A stretch of 64,000 nucleotides of DNA from Schizochytrium sp. TIO01. Lineage: Eukaryota; Protista; Bigyra: Labyrinthulomycetes. The stretch is from contig SMSO01000032.1 in assembly GCA_004764695.1 (NCBI GenBank), positions 1,798,001 to 1,862,000 on the forward strand, read 5' to 3'. Each line of letters starts with the position of its first letter. Within the stretch, counting starts at the first letter, position 1. Below the pieces are notes generated by a model. That model searched no databases. It saw only the letters and a list, made by a program, of their open reading frames with translations, and was not told where the DNA came from. Positions 10,665 through 23,975 of the stretch are shown here, one piece after another. Position numbers and translations under genes: made by a program.

Positions 10665-13600
10665 AGCCAGATGACCAAAAAGTAAACAGATAAGGTAATA
10701 GAGTATTGTGTGTGACAGTTGGATTCAATTGAGTCACCTCTTACTCACAATGCGAGATGATGTTCCAGACAAGCAGCTAGACTACTTGAAGAGGTTGAGA
10801 AATTAATTGACGTCTCAGGTGTGGATGGTCTGGTTAACTGGGTTGAAGATATTCTGCAAAACTCCCCTAAGGTATATTCCTTGTGGTGGGCTATCCCTTG
10901 TGGTGATCTCTTCGATTCGAACCTCGTTTCCGTAGCAATTCGTTCGTGAATAAGGTGTTGTGCACAAGTGCACAAGTTGTTTGAGTAGGCACTAGTCTGA
11001 TTTCCCTCGCTCGCTTCGTCCAGACACCACTGGCAAGTTAAAGTCGAAGCTCTCTCTTCATATGTATGACAATACGACTCTTGCGCGTTTCACAGACTAG
11101 CTTATCTGGTAAGGCAACAACTCAGGCATCACCAATCTCTATGCCAATGTGACACCTTCAAAATGTGCAGTAGTGACTTTGCACGAACCCCTCCCCTCTC
11201 TTTTATTGCCTTTTTGGGCTTTTGCTTTCTAGACACCATAGTAGGTACCTACTATAAACTATCTGTTTAATAGATTCCTACTGATGACTAATAGCACTTG
11301 TGAAGCCACTACTTTAACCCTTCCGAGATTCCAACTTTCAACTCGCTATTGAATCAAGTTAAGTTGATTGGCCGCCCTGCATCCTGAGCCAATGTTTTTA
11401 ATGATTCTCTCGAGGTATACAAATATACAAATTCTGACAGCCCCCGAGTCCTCGTATCGTTAGTTCGTCTTCCGGGTATATGTGGAGCGCCAAGCACTTT
11501 TTTAATTAATGTGAGCTCCTTTGCATACAGTCAATCCAAACATACTAGGCGCTAACCTACCCACTATCTACCAAGTTTTTCTCCCTCACTCGAAAACCCT
11601 CCCCAATCAACCGCTGGTCGCCGAACTCCAACATCGAAACTTTAAGCAACGGCCATTGCTTCTCCTGCTGAGGAAATTATAGTTCTCTCTCATTCATAAA
11701 CCACGATGATCCTTGCTGTTTCACAATCCAATCCAAGTCTGTCATCCTGTAGCTTCATGCGGGAGGTTCTCAGGTCTGATCAGAAGAAAAATAACAAAAT
11801 TAAAAGAAACTACTATTATGCGTAGGACTCTCTAGGTGCTACATAAGATGGTGCACACCCCTGGCGTGAAAAGGACCAAGGAACCCTTCAGGAACCCTTC
11901 AATCGTTGATATGATTGTGATTCCGTTGTTATTTGCTATTTGTTATGGAGCCCAAAGACCGCCAATTCTAAAAGGGACAAGCCCTCCAGGGTTCACGTTA
12001 GCACAGACACCATTGAGGGGAAGAAGATGAAGACAAATAGTTCGTCACTGGATGCCCGAAGGCTGGCGCTTTCGTATTTTATTCCTGTTCTACCTGCCAT
12101 AGCATAGCGGAACATTGTTCGTTGTGGCGTCATGCAAGAGAAGCACGCTGAGTTTACTTTGGGAATGGAACAAACAAGACGAGGGACAGGCTTCGGCTAA
12201 GACTAGGGATTATTAGTATATCTAGTAGCTGTACATCTCATGATAGGACCGCACATAAAATCATGGAATGAATGAAAATGAAATGGTGCGCTGTTCATTT
12301 GGCAATTGAGAGTAGAGACATCAAATACGTACCTTGTGAATTCAAAAGTATTCCGTTTGTGTCTTCTCTAGCTAATAATCGATTGGCAAAGTGACTTAAA
12401 ACAGGCCACCTTTCTACCTTCGTCTTCAAGTTCCAACAAAATCAAGGGCGCTTTTTCTTTTTCTTTTCCTTGCAGTAATATAACAAAGAAAAATCCTCTC
12501 GACTCCTACTACTGCTTAGGCTCCTACCAGCAAGGAGCTCAATACAGAATCAGCTACTTAACTCTGATCGAGTTGCCCCTCCTCTTACAATGGCAGTCGG
12601 ATGCACATTGTAAGTTAGAGATGCTACATAATCTCAAGCTGGAGGATATTACTTGCGATTAAGATCGATCTAGCGAGCGCCACATTGGTCACACAAGAAG
12701 CGGGATCGGAAAATTGTCCAACAGCTGTCCGCGCACACACCCTAATGGCACGTACCAACGTACTACGTTTTCAATGGTAAATCACAGCTTCGGAGACATG
12801 CTGAGTGCTCTCTACAAATAAGCTGTTCGTTTTCGTTGTATGGGTTTGAAATGTGTTGAGAACACGCCAATAAGCAAACACGCCATGGTACGTTTCAAAA
12901 TAGGCAGGTACCTTTTCTAGTTTGCATTTTAGTCATCATACAGCATTTATACGCGACTTAAACTCATTTCCCTGATTGCATTGAAGAAATAAAGAAAAAG
13001 AGCCTGGCATATGCAATAGTTCTAACTTGTGTCATAACAGCAATACTGGTATTGATTCCAATAAGCACAGTCATGATGTAAACGTTTGCAGCCAGTTTTG
13101 AACAAAAAAAATCAGAGCAATTCTGATTCCCAATCGCAAGGCATAGAAATTTTCTATAGTATTCTGGTACAGTTTCACATACTTGCATCTGTGCCAGGTA
13201 GGGAGATCGCGCCCTTGGCAACTAAAACACAAGGATCAAACAAGTTCTCGTGTTGGATAAAGATCCAGATCTCCAGCGCGTGCCAATATTTTTTTAGGCT
13301 GGCTATTTGCAACTCTCTAGAAATGTGGACTTGAGGCAAAAGGAATTATTTCATTCTCAGCGAAGCTTGACTTAACCTAGCTCGGTCTACCCAGCCTCGG
13401 CATATTCGATCAATTGTCAGGCGTAGCTACGTTATATATTTGTTTTAGGTTATTCACCGAGTTAGCAAATCTCCCTTTCCTATCGCTAATAGGTGCTAGG
13501 TAGTAAAAGTATTTATTTTCGTTCCATGTCTATCATTTTACTTTTTATTTATTTTGTATTCATTTTTAAATTAGAGCAAATGTATACGCGTCATCTTTCT

Positions 13601-14442
13601 TTCTCTGTATCTCTGATAATTAGGGATGTCGAAGCGAATCTGCTTCAAGTTTGCATCAGCTCTGGCTCAAAGCCCAGTCTCAACTTAAACTCAAGGTGCA
13701 TGGCCACTTTTCTTACGGCTCATGTAATTCACAATGCCTTCCTAATCTCCTTTGTATGAGCTTTTGATGTTCTCTCTACTCGAAAACGCGGCCCTCCGCT
13801 GTGTAAACTTGTAAAGCTAAAGAACTCATCCCTTTTCTCTCACCGTTCATAGGTAGGTACGTAGGTAGCTAGCTAGAGCTAGGAGCCTGCCTACGTTCCA
13901 GAGTTTAATTAAATTAAAAACCTTTTATCTTGGGTGGTAACACCTCAGGCCAAAGCAATCGCTCATTATATTGAGTAGACGTCACAGGGCCTCGGAATCT
14001 TGCAGCTTGAAATCCTAAAGCCCAGGTCTTTCGAGCTGTAGGTACAGCGCCAACAGGCACCGTGGCAACGTTCCGCTTCGATCACGTATCCCGTACCTCC
14101 TCGCAAGAAACTACGCACTGCCGACTCGAAACATTTATCTATCATTGCATGCATGCATGCATCATTGCATGCATGCGCTATCTGCCTGAGCAGGCGAGGC
14201 ACGGCGTGTGCATAAGCATCTCAGGCGCGTGCGAGAGCTGCTCCAGCTCAGCGAGTGAGCCGTAACCGCCTCGTTCGTCATCTCAAAGAGAGGACTCGTT
14301 TGCACTTGATGCGACCTCGAACTTAGTGGGTACCTCGCACTCTCAATATTCAGAGAGATTGAGAAGATCTTTTTGAAAACAAACTTCAAGTGACTTGGGG
14401 GGTAAAAACTCGAGTCAGAAGTCAAACCCACCACTCAATCAG

Positions 14443-14472
14443 TGCCTGCCTGCCTGCCTGCCTGCCTGCCTG
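14443..14472. repeat. (TGCC)n microsatellite
   Basis: About 7 tandem TGCC units. Confidence 0.85.
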
Positions 14473-15511
14473 AGGCAAGGGACTGCCGCACCAATGGCTC
14501 AAGCTGCTCGAAACTCGTAGTTTGAACAGAGCGCGACGTGGCTGCAGGGCTTTGTGGCTGGTCAGCCTCCTCTTTCGGCGGCTTTGCATAGTTGGTCCTC
14601 AGAGGAGAGGCCTGAGACCGATTGAACTTGGAGTAAGCCCGCTTTCAGCGTTGCAAGAAGACAGCGCGTGGGCGGCCCTTGTCTGGTATTGCGCGTCCGA
14701 ACGAAGAGATCCTTCGCTGATGGGAGGCTGGGTGGATTGGCTATTGGGGGACCTGGGCGGGCGGTGTCCCTGGATCTTTTCGTACTCTATTGCCGTCTTT
14801 CGAGCCTTTTCGTTTCCGCGTCCCTGGAGGGTCCGTGTAGTGTGAACTGTAGCACTCGAACCACCCAGGAATCTTACTTGCCTCTCCTAGTTTTCCTTGC
14901 TCCCTCTCTCCCTCCCTCCCTCACGAGGTTTGCGTGCGAGTGCACGGGAAGAGGAGGAAAAGAAAAGGGAAAAGAATCAAAAAATCTCATTCTTTTCTGA
15001 GTCTAGGTGGCCTCCCTTTTGGACGCAGGTTCGAGTTCGAGAGGGGAAATCTGAGTCCAGCAGTGGCGATGGAAGGTTAGTTAAGCTTGTGAGTTGAGGC
15101 GAACTTGGGCCTGGGCGGAGCAGCTCAAACCTCTTTCCTGCTAGGAGCTGCGGTCTAAACTAGGGAGGCGCCTTTCTACTACGAGGCCAAACACGAAAGC
15201 TCTCTTAGCTCTGTTTCGATGGGCTCTATTAAAATTATTTGGATGAACACAAGATGGAATAATCATGGGAAATAATATTAGAGGTTTATAAGAATGTTTC
15301 CTTTTCCCTTTTTCTTAAAAACTTTTGAGCCGGGCCATCAAGATGCACATAAGATAAGTCAGCCGTCATCCTTGTCAACAAAACCTGAACTTGCGTCTAC
15401 GTAAAGTTCGAGTCGAAGGTCAGGTGGCTTTCGTGCGAACCGGGGCGGGGCATCAGAAGCTTGCTTAGCTGCAGAAGGCAGATTCTCAATTCTAGCCTAA
15501 GTTTTGCAAAC

Positions 15512-16724
15512 ATGTCGTCACCGGTGTTGAATCGCAATGTGGCCAACAATACAGCTCGGAGCGGAGGAGGATGGTAAGTGAACTTTTGGCTGATGAAAAT
15601 CAATGGAGAAATTAATGTTCGAAGATAGATACTTTCATCAGCAAAGAGCAAAGAGCTGTCCTCTACCTTTTACCAAAGGGGTCTGGTTCACATGGGATTG
15701 TAATCAAGTTTAAAGGGGAGATAGAGGAAATCTGACGACTAGGTCCGCTCTCATGTTCTGATCGTTTTGACAACAGTATGTGCGCCGCCTTTGTCCTGGC
15801 ACTTTTTGGTACGATCAGTCCGTATTGGGTTTGGTCGTACAGCTGGGTGGTTGGCACTGTTACCAGCACTGTTGGTACCGGAACATTCGTAAGTTGGCAT
15901 CAAATTAAGATACACTGTTTGGGTCTTCGATTGGAGCGGAGTTGACTTACACAAACCTTATTCTTACCATACCAAAGGTCGTCAGTGCTTCTTCAAATGC
16001 ATACCGCTGTGGATGGTGGACCACATGCATCGTAAGCAAACAATGGAATGATTTTAGTGACTTCAACAATACAGGTAGGTTCATTTCAAGGACGAGGGGC
16101 TCCTCACGTTATTCGTTTGCTAACCAGTGACACAAATAATTTGCCATGTACACAGCTTGCACCGGAGACTTTTACGATGAGTTTGGGCATTATGGCTTCT
16201 GCAACGAAGATGATGGCGATTTTCAGCGCCCGCCCAAGATATCCGCAATCCAAGGTCTGGCAATCTGTACAACCGTGTTTCTTTTTTGCGGAACAATTCT
16301 TTCTTGCATGGCTCCTCGTGTAGGTGGCAGCAAAACTGGTTTCGCGGCTGCCGCATGCTCATTTATCGCGTTGGCTACAAGTTGCTCTGCATTTGCTGTA
16401 GCAACTTCATTTGACTGGTACCAAGATCTTCGCTCCGGAAATGCCGCGCTCCCATTTATTGCATCTGGCGGGTGCGATGCGGGTCAGTGCCTCTTCCTCG
16501 ACAATACGTCTAACTTCGGCATGGTATGGGGTCCTGCCTATTGGAGTTTCGTCACGGTCTTCATTATAACCTTCTTCACGACAATTTCCGCTTGCTCGAC
16601 ATCAAGACAACTTGACAACGATGATATCCTTGAGGGCCCATATGGTGCTGGTGGGCAAGAACCCCCCCCGCAATATGCAGAAGCTTCGCAAGACTATGGG
16701 TATGGTGCTCCTGCCAAAGCCTAA
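15512..16724 (+). CDS. Claudin/PMP22-like tetraspan membrane protein, 4 exons (15512-15573, 15777-15888, 15978-16074, 16156-16724)
   Basis: Manual splicing with GT..AG introns keeps the frame. TM1 MCAAFVLALFGTISPYW, then a claudin-like GWWTTC motif, three more TM helices and a tail containing PPPQY. Confidence 0.7.
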
Positions 16725-18896
16725 CGTCTACCTGGGTATGCACTGCATTTGCATTGCATTTGTCTCTGTGGAAAATGGACTCATAAAAAAAGCACTATTA
16801 CTATTACTGGCTACTCCTCGTACTTAGTACCTACTATCTATCCACTAGCTCTGGGTCCCAACAATCCTTTTTGTCCACTAACCAAGCTTACCGGGAGCCT
16901 ACTGCAACCAGTAGCAATAGCGGTCCTTTTTCTTTCTTTAAAAGCCTATTTCTTCTTTTTTTCTTCCTTACAAAGTGTCTTCTCTTTCTTCGTTCCTCAG
17001 TCTGAATCAACTCTCCATTCACTATTTGGCGAGGCCTTTCCGCAGACAGTATATAGGAGATGCGGCAGAAGAGTTTGGTTGCTTTTAACAGCCCTCACTA
17101 TATCGAGAATACGAACTGTAAATATGTTTAGAGAGGATATAAGAGAACTCTTCTACTTCATGAGGTTTCATCAGCTTGGTATGATCGTCGCTTCCCATTG
17201 ATTGGCACGTTGATGACTTGGGTGAAAACGTCCACTTCGTGTCACTTCGAGTCACTTCGAAGTCCCATTCTCTTGTTTCCTTTGGTTTCGAGTTTCTCGT
17301 GCATAATAGCCCAGTCCTCGGTATCCAGTTGGCAGTGAACGTTGTAACCATTTGTAGTCCTGGCACTCCATTTCTCGCTCGACCCCATCCTCAACAAGGG
17401 CTGCCACACAAGCCAAATGTCATCTTCGTTTGCGTAAGTGGGTGACCATGGTCGCTTTCAATGATAATCCGCCAATGATTTTGGTCTTGAACTTAACTGA
17501 CCGTCTGATGTTCTTCAAGTTGCACATCAATTCTCGTCCCATTTTTACAGATAGGTCGGGCACCTACGTGTTTATTTGAGGAGAATTGGTACACACAGTT
17601 AGTCAGAGGCCACCTATTCTTATCGTTTTCGCTATTTGCTGGGTTAATTTTAAAAAATAAATTAAAAAAAAACTCTCTCATATGCACATTAGATTAGATA
17701 CCTCTCCATACACAACAATAACAACGACCAGTTTATTGCATACGAGACACAAGAACCCTCTATAGTGCAGGAAGCACTCTTTTGCTCCTAAATAACGACT
17801 GGGACTCTCGTACGCCTCAGAACACCACTATGCATGAATCACGATTTCAAGAACTACACCTAAACCGTATATCTACTATCCTTCGACTTTTCCTATTCAA
17901 GTTTGAGAAGGAAAGACAGAAAGAAGAAAGAAAGAAAGAATCCATCCGTCCACGTCCCTTCATGGAGTCTCACGAGGATGGACTTCCCCCCCCCCCCAAT
18001 CCACTGGGCTAATACATCTATATTTTATATACTGTTATGACTAGCAATCGTATTATAAGGGGTTGCGCAGTCTGCAATCCTATATTTTGGGCCTCTGGAA
18101 GTCAAACTGTGGATTGATTTTCTTCTCCCTTGTCAGTTCTCCCTAATCGATCGACTACTATCCTCTGGCTAGTGCTTATTCGTAGAATACGTTTATAGTA
18201 GAACCCATCATAGGAGAGGGTAGTAGGAGGACTAGGATTGCTGAATAGGATCATGGTCCATATCAACTAATGTGGATGGGGTCCCTGAGTATTGGTGTTA
18301 ATTGATTATTGATCAGACAGCAGTCCCGAAGCCTAAGGCAAGAGCAAGCGAAGGACGCGCTGCATCGCCTGAGCTTACTACAGAAGGGCCCGTGACTATT
18401 TACACGACCGGCACGACTAACAGCAGCTGGCTGTCTACTATTCTTGGTGAGAAGCAAAAGCAGCAGAAGGGAAAGACGCGATTCGAGCTGTGCTCCGTAA
18501 ACCTGATACAAAGGCAGAAACACCTCTGTCAACGCGAAAACAGGCTTGGAGAAGCAGAGATTTTACCTTGGAGGAAGGTGGCCCATACTTTCCTCGCCTG
18601 TTACTCGCTTCTCCTCTTCATCGTCGTCAGAGTCATTGTTTAAGAACAAACTAGTGAGGAAGACAGAGCAGGTCGCGAATTGAAGGTCCGCTTGTGAAGG
18701 GCACGCTTCTTTATTCTTCAAAGTTACTATCGGCCTGGTTGTCGTAACTTTGGTTATTGTTTCGAGGGTGGTCCAGTGAAATTTAGTATCCTGGTGCAAG
18801 AGTGAGCCAACAGAGAAGGACTTTACTAAGGTCTTTTTGCTGGGTGAGCTGCAAAAGCCCGAAGACGCTGTCAAACGCTTGAACCTTCCGGCAATC

Positions 18897-20222
18897 ATGA
18901 TCTTAGGGAAACTTATATGGCTTTTTGCAACTCTATGTGTTGCTCTAGCAGTTGGTCAGGACTACGATCGAATACGAGAACTCCACGCTACTCTAACAAG
19001 CGAGATTCAACTTGGCATCGACCTTGGCACAACACAATCTGTAGCAGCAATATGTACACGGGGGAATGTTAGTGTTGTGCCTGTAGACGGCGAGTATCTC
19101 ACTCCTTCTGTTGTTTACTTTTCTCATGAGGTTAGCTCAGAAGGGAGTAAACCAAAACCTGTTGTAGGTTCTCAAGCCGTTCGACAACGCGCGGCAGACA
19201 GCGGAACTGTTATTTATGCCTCTAAACGTGTTATTGGTCAACAGTTTGACAACGCCATTCAGCATGGCATGGCCGGCCTCCCAAAATCTTTAACTCAAGA
19301 CTCAAGAGGGCGTGCATCGTTCCGTCTAGCAAATTCTGATCTTGTTTCCCCGGAGCTAATCGGTGCGCTGGTGCTCAAAAAGCTTAAAGCCGCATCAGAG
19401 GCTTCGCCAAGCTTAGACTGGATGCGCCGTACGTTTGGTTTTCGCTTCAAATCACTAACAGTCACTGTTCCTGTTACTTTTAATGTTGACCAAAAGGCCG
19501 CCACTGTAAAAGCATGCCGAATGGCTGGGTTTCGCCAGGTCCGTGTCATTGAAGAACCAGTAGCAGCTGCAATGGCCTACGGCCTTGGGCGAGAGAAAGA
19601 AGCAACGCGGGTCATGGTCTTTGATATTGGAGGAGGCACCCTTGATATTGCTCTCCTTCGATTTAACTCGTATTCGGACAATTTTTATATTGAGACCACC
19701 GATGGCGATTTGCATCTCGGTGGCGAAGACTTTGATTTCAGCTTCGCAAATTGGATACTTACCCAAATGAACGACCAAGATCTAGTTCAGCGAATTCGCG
19801 CCTCTCCGGTTGCCTGGCAAAAAACATTGGTGGCATCAGAACGCGCCAAAAGAGAATTGAGCTCTGTAGACCAGACCTCAGTTTGTGTTGCTGGGTTTAT
19901 TGTTGAAAAGTTCGACTCAGGCAATGATCAAGTTGTTCCATGCAAATATCGCATTGCTGCAACACGTAGAGACTTTGAAACAACTGTTCGCAGCCACCTT
20001 GACAAAGCCCAGGAGGCTATTATCCGTGTAATGTATGACGCCAAGCTCCCGTTGGACGCTAGCTTGGACGTTGTTTTAGTGGGTGGCACAAGTCGAATTC
20101 CAGCTCTTAGACATGAAATAGCACTATTACTTCCAAATGCAACTCTCTATTATGAAGGTGTTGACCCAGACCAAGCTGTTGCAATTGGTGCGGCAAAAAG
20201 CTGGGGTTGCAACCACGCCTAA
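18897..20222 (+). CDS. HSPA13: Secretory-pathway Hsp70 with ATPase domain only (HSPA13/STCH-like)
   Basis: Signal peptide MILGKLIWLFATLCVALAVG. Hsp70 motifs GIDLGTT, EEPVAAAMAYGL, VFDIGGGTLD, LGGEDFD, VLVGGTSRIP, PDQAVAIGAA. The stop follows immediately, so there is no substrate-binding domain. Confidence 0.8.
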   Translation: MILGKLIWLFATLCVALAVGQDYDRIRELHATLTSEIQLGIDLGTTQSVAAICTRGNVSVVPVDGEYLTPSVVYFSHEVSSEGSKPKPVVGSQAVRQRAADSGTVIYASKRVIGQQFDNAIQHGMAGLPKSLTQDSRGRASFRLANSDLVSPELIGALVLKKLKAASEASPSLDWMRRTFGFRFKSLTVTVPVTFNVDQKAATVKACRMAGFRQVRVIEEPVAAAMAYGLGREKEATRVMVFDIGGGTLDIALLRFNSYSDNFYIETTDGDLHLGGEDFDFSFANWILTQMNDQDLVQRIRASPVAWQKTLVASERAKRELSSVDQTSVCVAGFIVEKFDSGNDQVVPCKYRIAATRRDFETTVRSHLDKAQEAIIRVMYDAKLPLDASLDVVLVGGTSRIPALRHEIALLLPNATLYYEGVDPDQAVAIGAAKSWGCNHA

Positions 20223-20671
20223 AATTCACATGAGCTATATACATTTGCAATTCTTCTTTTGCGCTTATCGTTTTTTTTGATGGGGGGGGGGGGTATATGA
20301 CTGATTCTCAAGTGCTTTTTATTATCAAGATCAATGAAAAGATGGTATGCTACCCTATCACTCTTTCGTCTTTCCATCAATCAAATGCAAATAAAACAAC
20401 CCCTGAACAATAAAACATTTATAACTTTAAGCAAGCCCGGATACATTCGCATCTGAAATAAAACATATGCAGTTGTCAGTTTATTTGATCTCATCCGCGC
20501 ACTTCTTCAGATTAGAGGGTTTACACCCAAAAGTCTTCCTTTTTTAATCTACTTCCAAGTTTTTGTAATTTGACATCGGTTTTTCTTTTGAACTTCATCA
20601 AATTTCTTTCTTATAATCTATTTCATTTCGTGACTATAAATACAATTTTTGAAACATCGCTGACTAATTTG

Positions 20672-21391
20672 CTATGGTGATTCCAGAGGTAGCTGCGGGC
20701 CACCTGTAACGCGACGCCTGGATACCTCAAGAAGAGGATTTCTTCGTCTACGGTAATTCATAGAACCAAGTTTGTCACCTTTAATAACGTTTTCTATCAA
20801 TGCAAAAGCTTCATGCTGACGATTAATTTTCGCAAGTTCAAGTGGTACACACCCGTCGTCATCACGAATTTGGTGGTTCGCACCTGATTTCATGAGCATT
20901 AGAATGCAATCCTTGTACCCTCCCCAAGAACTTTTATGAAGAGGAGTGTCTTTGTAGGTTGAGTCTTGGACATTGACATTTGCGCCCCTTTGCAGTAAGA
21001 TCTTTAAAGCTTTCCCAGAACCGCGCTCAGCTGCTAAGTGAAGAGCAGTTTGACCTTCGGGAGTGATGCTTTCTATTTCAGCACCTAAATTTAACAAGCA
21101 GTCGATTGTTTCTCCATGGTCCCCAATCGCAGCCAAATGCAGCGCTGTGTATCCTGCGCTATCTCTTAGCTTATTGATGTCTATTTCCTGAGCTAGATTT
21201 GTAAGGTCGCTAGTATTGCCTCCACGAGCTAAGACAAGTAGATCTACTGCTGCACCATATCTTGAACGCCTGTGTAGCTGACCCATAAGTTGCATACCTC
21301 GAGTCAATGTTGGGTGAATTTCTGCAGCACTTTCAGTGCTATCCCTCCCTCCTTGATGTGTGATCATCTTGCTAAAATAATTATCTGCCAT
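20672..21391 (-). CDS. Small ankyrin-repeat protein (~4 repeats)
   Basis: GYTALHLAA, GQTALHLAA..G....LKILLQRGANVN, DTPLHKSS, GCVPLELA. First ATG at 21391. Confidence 0.85.
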   Translation of the reverse strand: MADNYFSKMITHQGGRDSTESAAEIHPTLTRGMQLMGQLHRRSRYGAAVDLLVLARGGNTSDLTNLAQEIDINKLRDSAGYTALHLAAIGDHGETIDCLLNLGAEIESITPEGQTALHLAAERGSGKALKILLQRGANVNVQDSTYKDTPLHKSSWGGYKDCILMLMKSGANHQIRDDDGCVPLELAKINRQHEAFALIENVIKGDKLGSMNYRRRRNPLLEVSRRRVTGGPQLPLESP

Positions 21392-22471
21392 GGTGCTATC
21401 CAATCATGAAAAGTCTCTGTTAGTTTAAAATAGCCACACATTTGCTGTACTAAAAACTGTGCGAGGTCATTTTGCGGAAAATCTGCGCCACTAATGATAG
21501 TATTACAAATTAGATTTTGCACCAAGATCTCCGAACTGTCTCTCCACCAAACTTGCTAATTGAGCGAACAAACTGCCAACGAGTTCTCTCAATCTTACCT
21601 TGTAATCTTGGTAGCTGGACACTCCAAGTTGACTATAATTTGATTTTATTTACTGAGTATAGACAAAGCTCTTCAGAGTGTGTATTGGGGTGAGCGAAGC
21701 AACGTTCGCGGCCTTATTAAAGTCGTTTATGTCCGAGAGACTAAGACATACGATATAATTTTAGACTAGGTATCTAGATATCTAGGTAGCAATACAATTG
21801 ATTAATTTTTATATTTTCTTTTAATATCGTGGTACTATCTACCCACTGTCTATATGAGTACTAATAGTAACGTCACCGTGCACGGTATTATGTTAACGGA
21901 TACATACACTTTAATTTCTGATTCCACAACATTATAGAAACAATTAATCAAGCACACCGGAACGCCTCTCGGGTTCGCATGTCGGAACTACTACATTGAA
22001 AAGCTAGCGTCTAAGTATCGTGCTTTATGTTATACATACCGCTAATTAAACAAACCATAACAAAAGACGTGTGCAAGGCAAACCCCAGCATTGCTAATTC
22101 AGGGTGAGAACAATTATCTGATTATTTGCTTGATTCCCCTCACCCGTCAAATTCGCATAATCTGTGCAGAAGAAGCAAGGCACGCCTTCAGCATAATCCT
22201 TTTTGTTTTGCAGACGTCTGTTGATTTTTTTTTTGTTTGCCTATTTGTCTGGCTACGCTTACGTGCATGCTGAGCAGTGACAGATTGATACACTCTCTAG
22301 GCCTTTGACGTTTGAACTCCGGGCGACGTGACTCGCACGGTTTTCTTGCAAGGGGGACCTAAGCCAGCAAGTTCTCATTTGCATATTGCGGAAGAGAGAT
22401 TATATAGGCATCGGAAACTATTTTCCTCTTTCCCAAGTGATTGCAAACAAGAATATTTCACTTTTCTCAAC

Positions 22472-23650
22472 ATGACGGAGGAGATTGACGCCCACGTTGC
22501 ACGCAAGTATGAAATTTCGCAACGTCTCGGTAAAGGAGCATATGGTATTGTTTGGAAAGCAGTTGACAAACGTACTCGGCAGACTGTTGCTCTAAAGAAA
22601 TGTTTTGATGCTTTTCGCAATGCAACAGATGCCCAGCGTACATATCGTGAAATTGAATATTTAAAGCAGCTAGGAGAGCATGGAGGCCACTCAAACATCA
22701 TTCGCCTGTTATCTGTCATTAAGGCGGAGAATAATAAGGACATTTACCTTGTTTTTGAGTATATGGAAACAGATCTTCATGCGGTCATTCGAGCTGGTAT
22801 TCTTGAGCATGTTCACAAGCAGTATATTACCTATCAACTTCTACGTGCGATAAAGTATATGCACACAGGAGACCTCCTGCATCGTGATTTGAAGCCAAGT
22901 AATGTTTTGTTGAACGCAGATTGTCACCTCAAAGTCTGTGATTTTGGCTTATGCAGGAGTATTACGGAAGACCCAGCAAACAAAGCAGCCTATTCGGAGT
23001 ACACTGCTACACGCTGGTATCGTTCGCCAGAAATTCTTATGGGTTCAACAAAGTATTCTACTGGTGTTGATATTTGGGCGCTCGGCTGCATTCTTGGAGA
23101 AATGTTACTCGGCAAGCCGCTCTTTCCTGGCACATCTACCATGAACCAACTAGAACGCATCCTTGAGCTCACTGGAGTTCCAGCTTCAGAGGACTTGCAG
23201 TCAATCCAGTCGCCTTTTGCAGCGAATATGCTGGAAAGCCTTGCCAAGCCATCTATCAAGCCACTTGAAGAGATGATACCCAATGCCCCCGCTGACGGAC
23301 TTGACTTTATTCGGCGCTGCATGCATTTTAACCCAGATAAACGTGCTTCTGTTGAAGCCTTGCTTGACCATTCTTACGTAGCTCAATTTCGAAAGATTGA
23401 CGAAGAGTTATCTGCCCCACGTAAATTCAAGATTGGATCCAATGATAACATTAAGTATACTGTGGACGATTATCGCAACCGTATTTACGATCTCATTAGA
23501 CAAGCAAAGCACGACAAAACAACTACAAAGCGAAGTACTGTGGCAAAACCTGCTCTACAAGCGAACGCATCTTCAATTCCTCAAGATCCATCAACTAATT
23601 CGATGTCAGCTGCCCAAGCTCAGCCTACAGTTGTTCGCCATCAAGCATAA
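22472..23650 (+). CDS. MAPK15: Mitogen-activated protein kinase, MAPK15/ERK7-8 subfamily
   Basis: Starts MTEEIDAHVARKYEI. GKGAYGIVWKA; the subfamily-typical KKCFDAFRNATDAQRTYREI; AENNKDIYLVFEYMETDLHAVIRA; HRDLKPSN; DFG; TRWYRSPE. Confidence 0.9.
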   Translation: MTEEIDAHVARKYEISQRLGKGAYGIVWKAVDKRTRQTVALKKCFDAFRNATDAQRTYREIEYLKQLGEHGGHSNIIRLLSVIKAENNKDIYLVFEYMETDLHAVIRAGILEHVHKQYITYQLLRAIKYMHTGDLLHRDLKPSNVLLNADCHLKVCDFGLCRSITEDPANKAAYSEYTATRWYRSPEILMGSTKYSTGVDIWALGCILGEMLLGKPLFPGTSTMNQLERILELTGVPASEDLQSIQSPFAANMLESLAKPSIKPLEEMIPNAPADGLDFIRRCMHFNPDKRASVEALLDHSYVAQFRKIDEELSAPRKFKIGSNDNIKYTVDDYRNRIYDLIRQAKHDKTTTKRSTVAKPALQANASSIPQDPSTNSMSAAQAQPTVVRHQA

Positions 23651-23975
23651 GTTCTCCACATTGCCCTTTCCCTTTATTCAAAATCAAGACAAAGCAGGTT
23701 AAGAACACTTACGCATTTTTCATCCTAGGGTATGCACGAGGTTTTTCCATCCACATATGCACATCACCTTTAGTGCTTTGATAGTGCGATAATTTAATAC
23801 TTTGTTCAGCAAACACTGTCTTCAATCCTTGTTAGGGAGCTTGTTTCACAAACACCAAAACCGCAGCTGCTCTTTTCTAATCCCTAAGGGTCTATAATTA
23901 TTTCCAGATAGTTTTGTGCTCGTGTAGTCGATTCAATACTCTAGCAAGCAGAAAAACAGAATAAGAAGCTTCTTT

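Noticed and set aside
15379-15394. 16-bp exact match (caaaacctgaacttgc) to positions 11-26, both upstream of membrane-protein genes
   Set aside because: About one 16-mer match is expected by chance in 64 kb over two strands, and there is no independent third copy.
17085-17690. Coding-like minus-strand fragments
   Set aside because: No recognisable motif or consistent frame; cannot be supported as a gene or pseudogene.
22328-22471. N-terminal extension of the kinase ORF from a GTG start
   Set aside because: Eukaryotic gene; the conserved MAPK15 N-terminus begins at ATG 22472.
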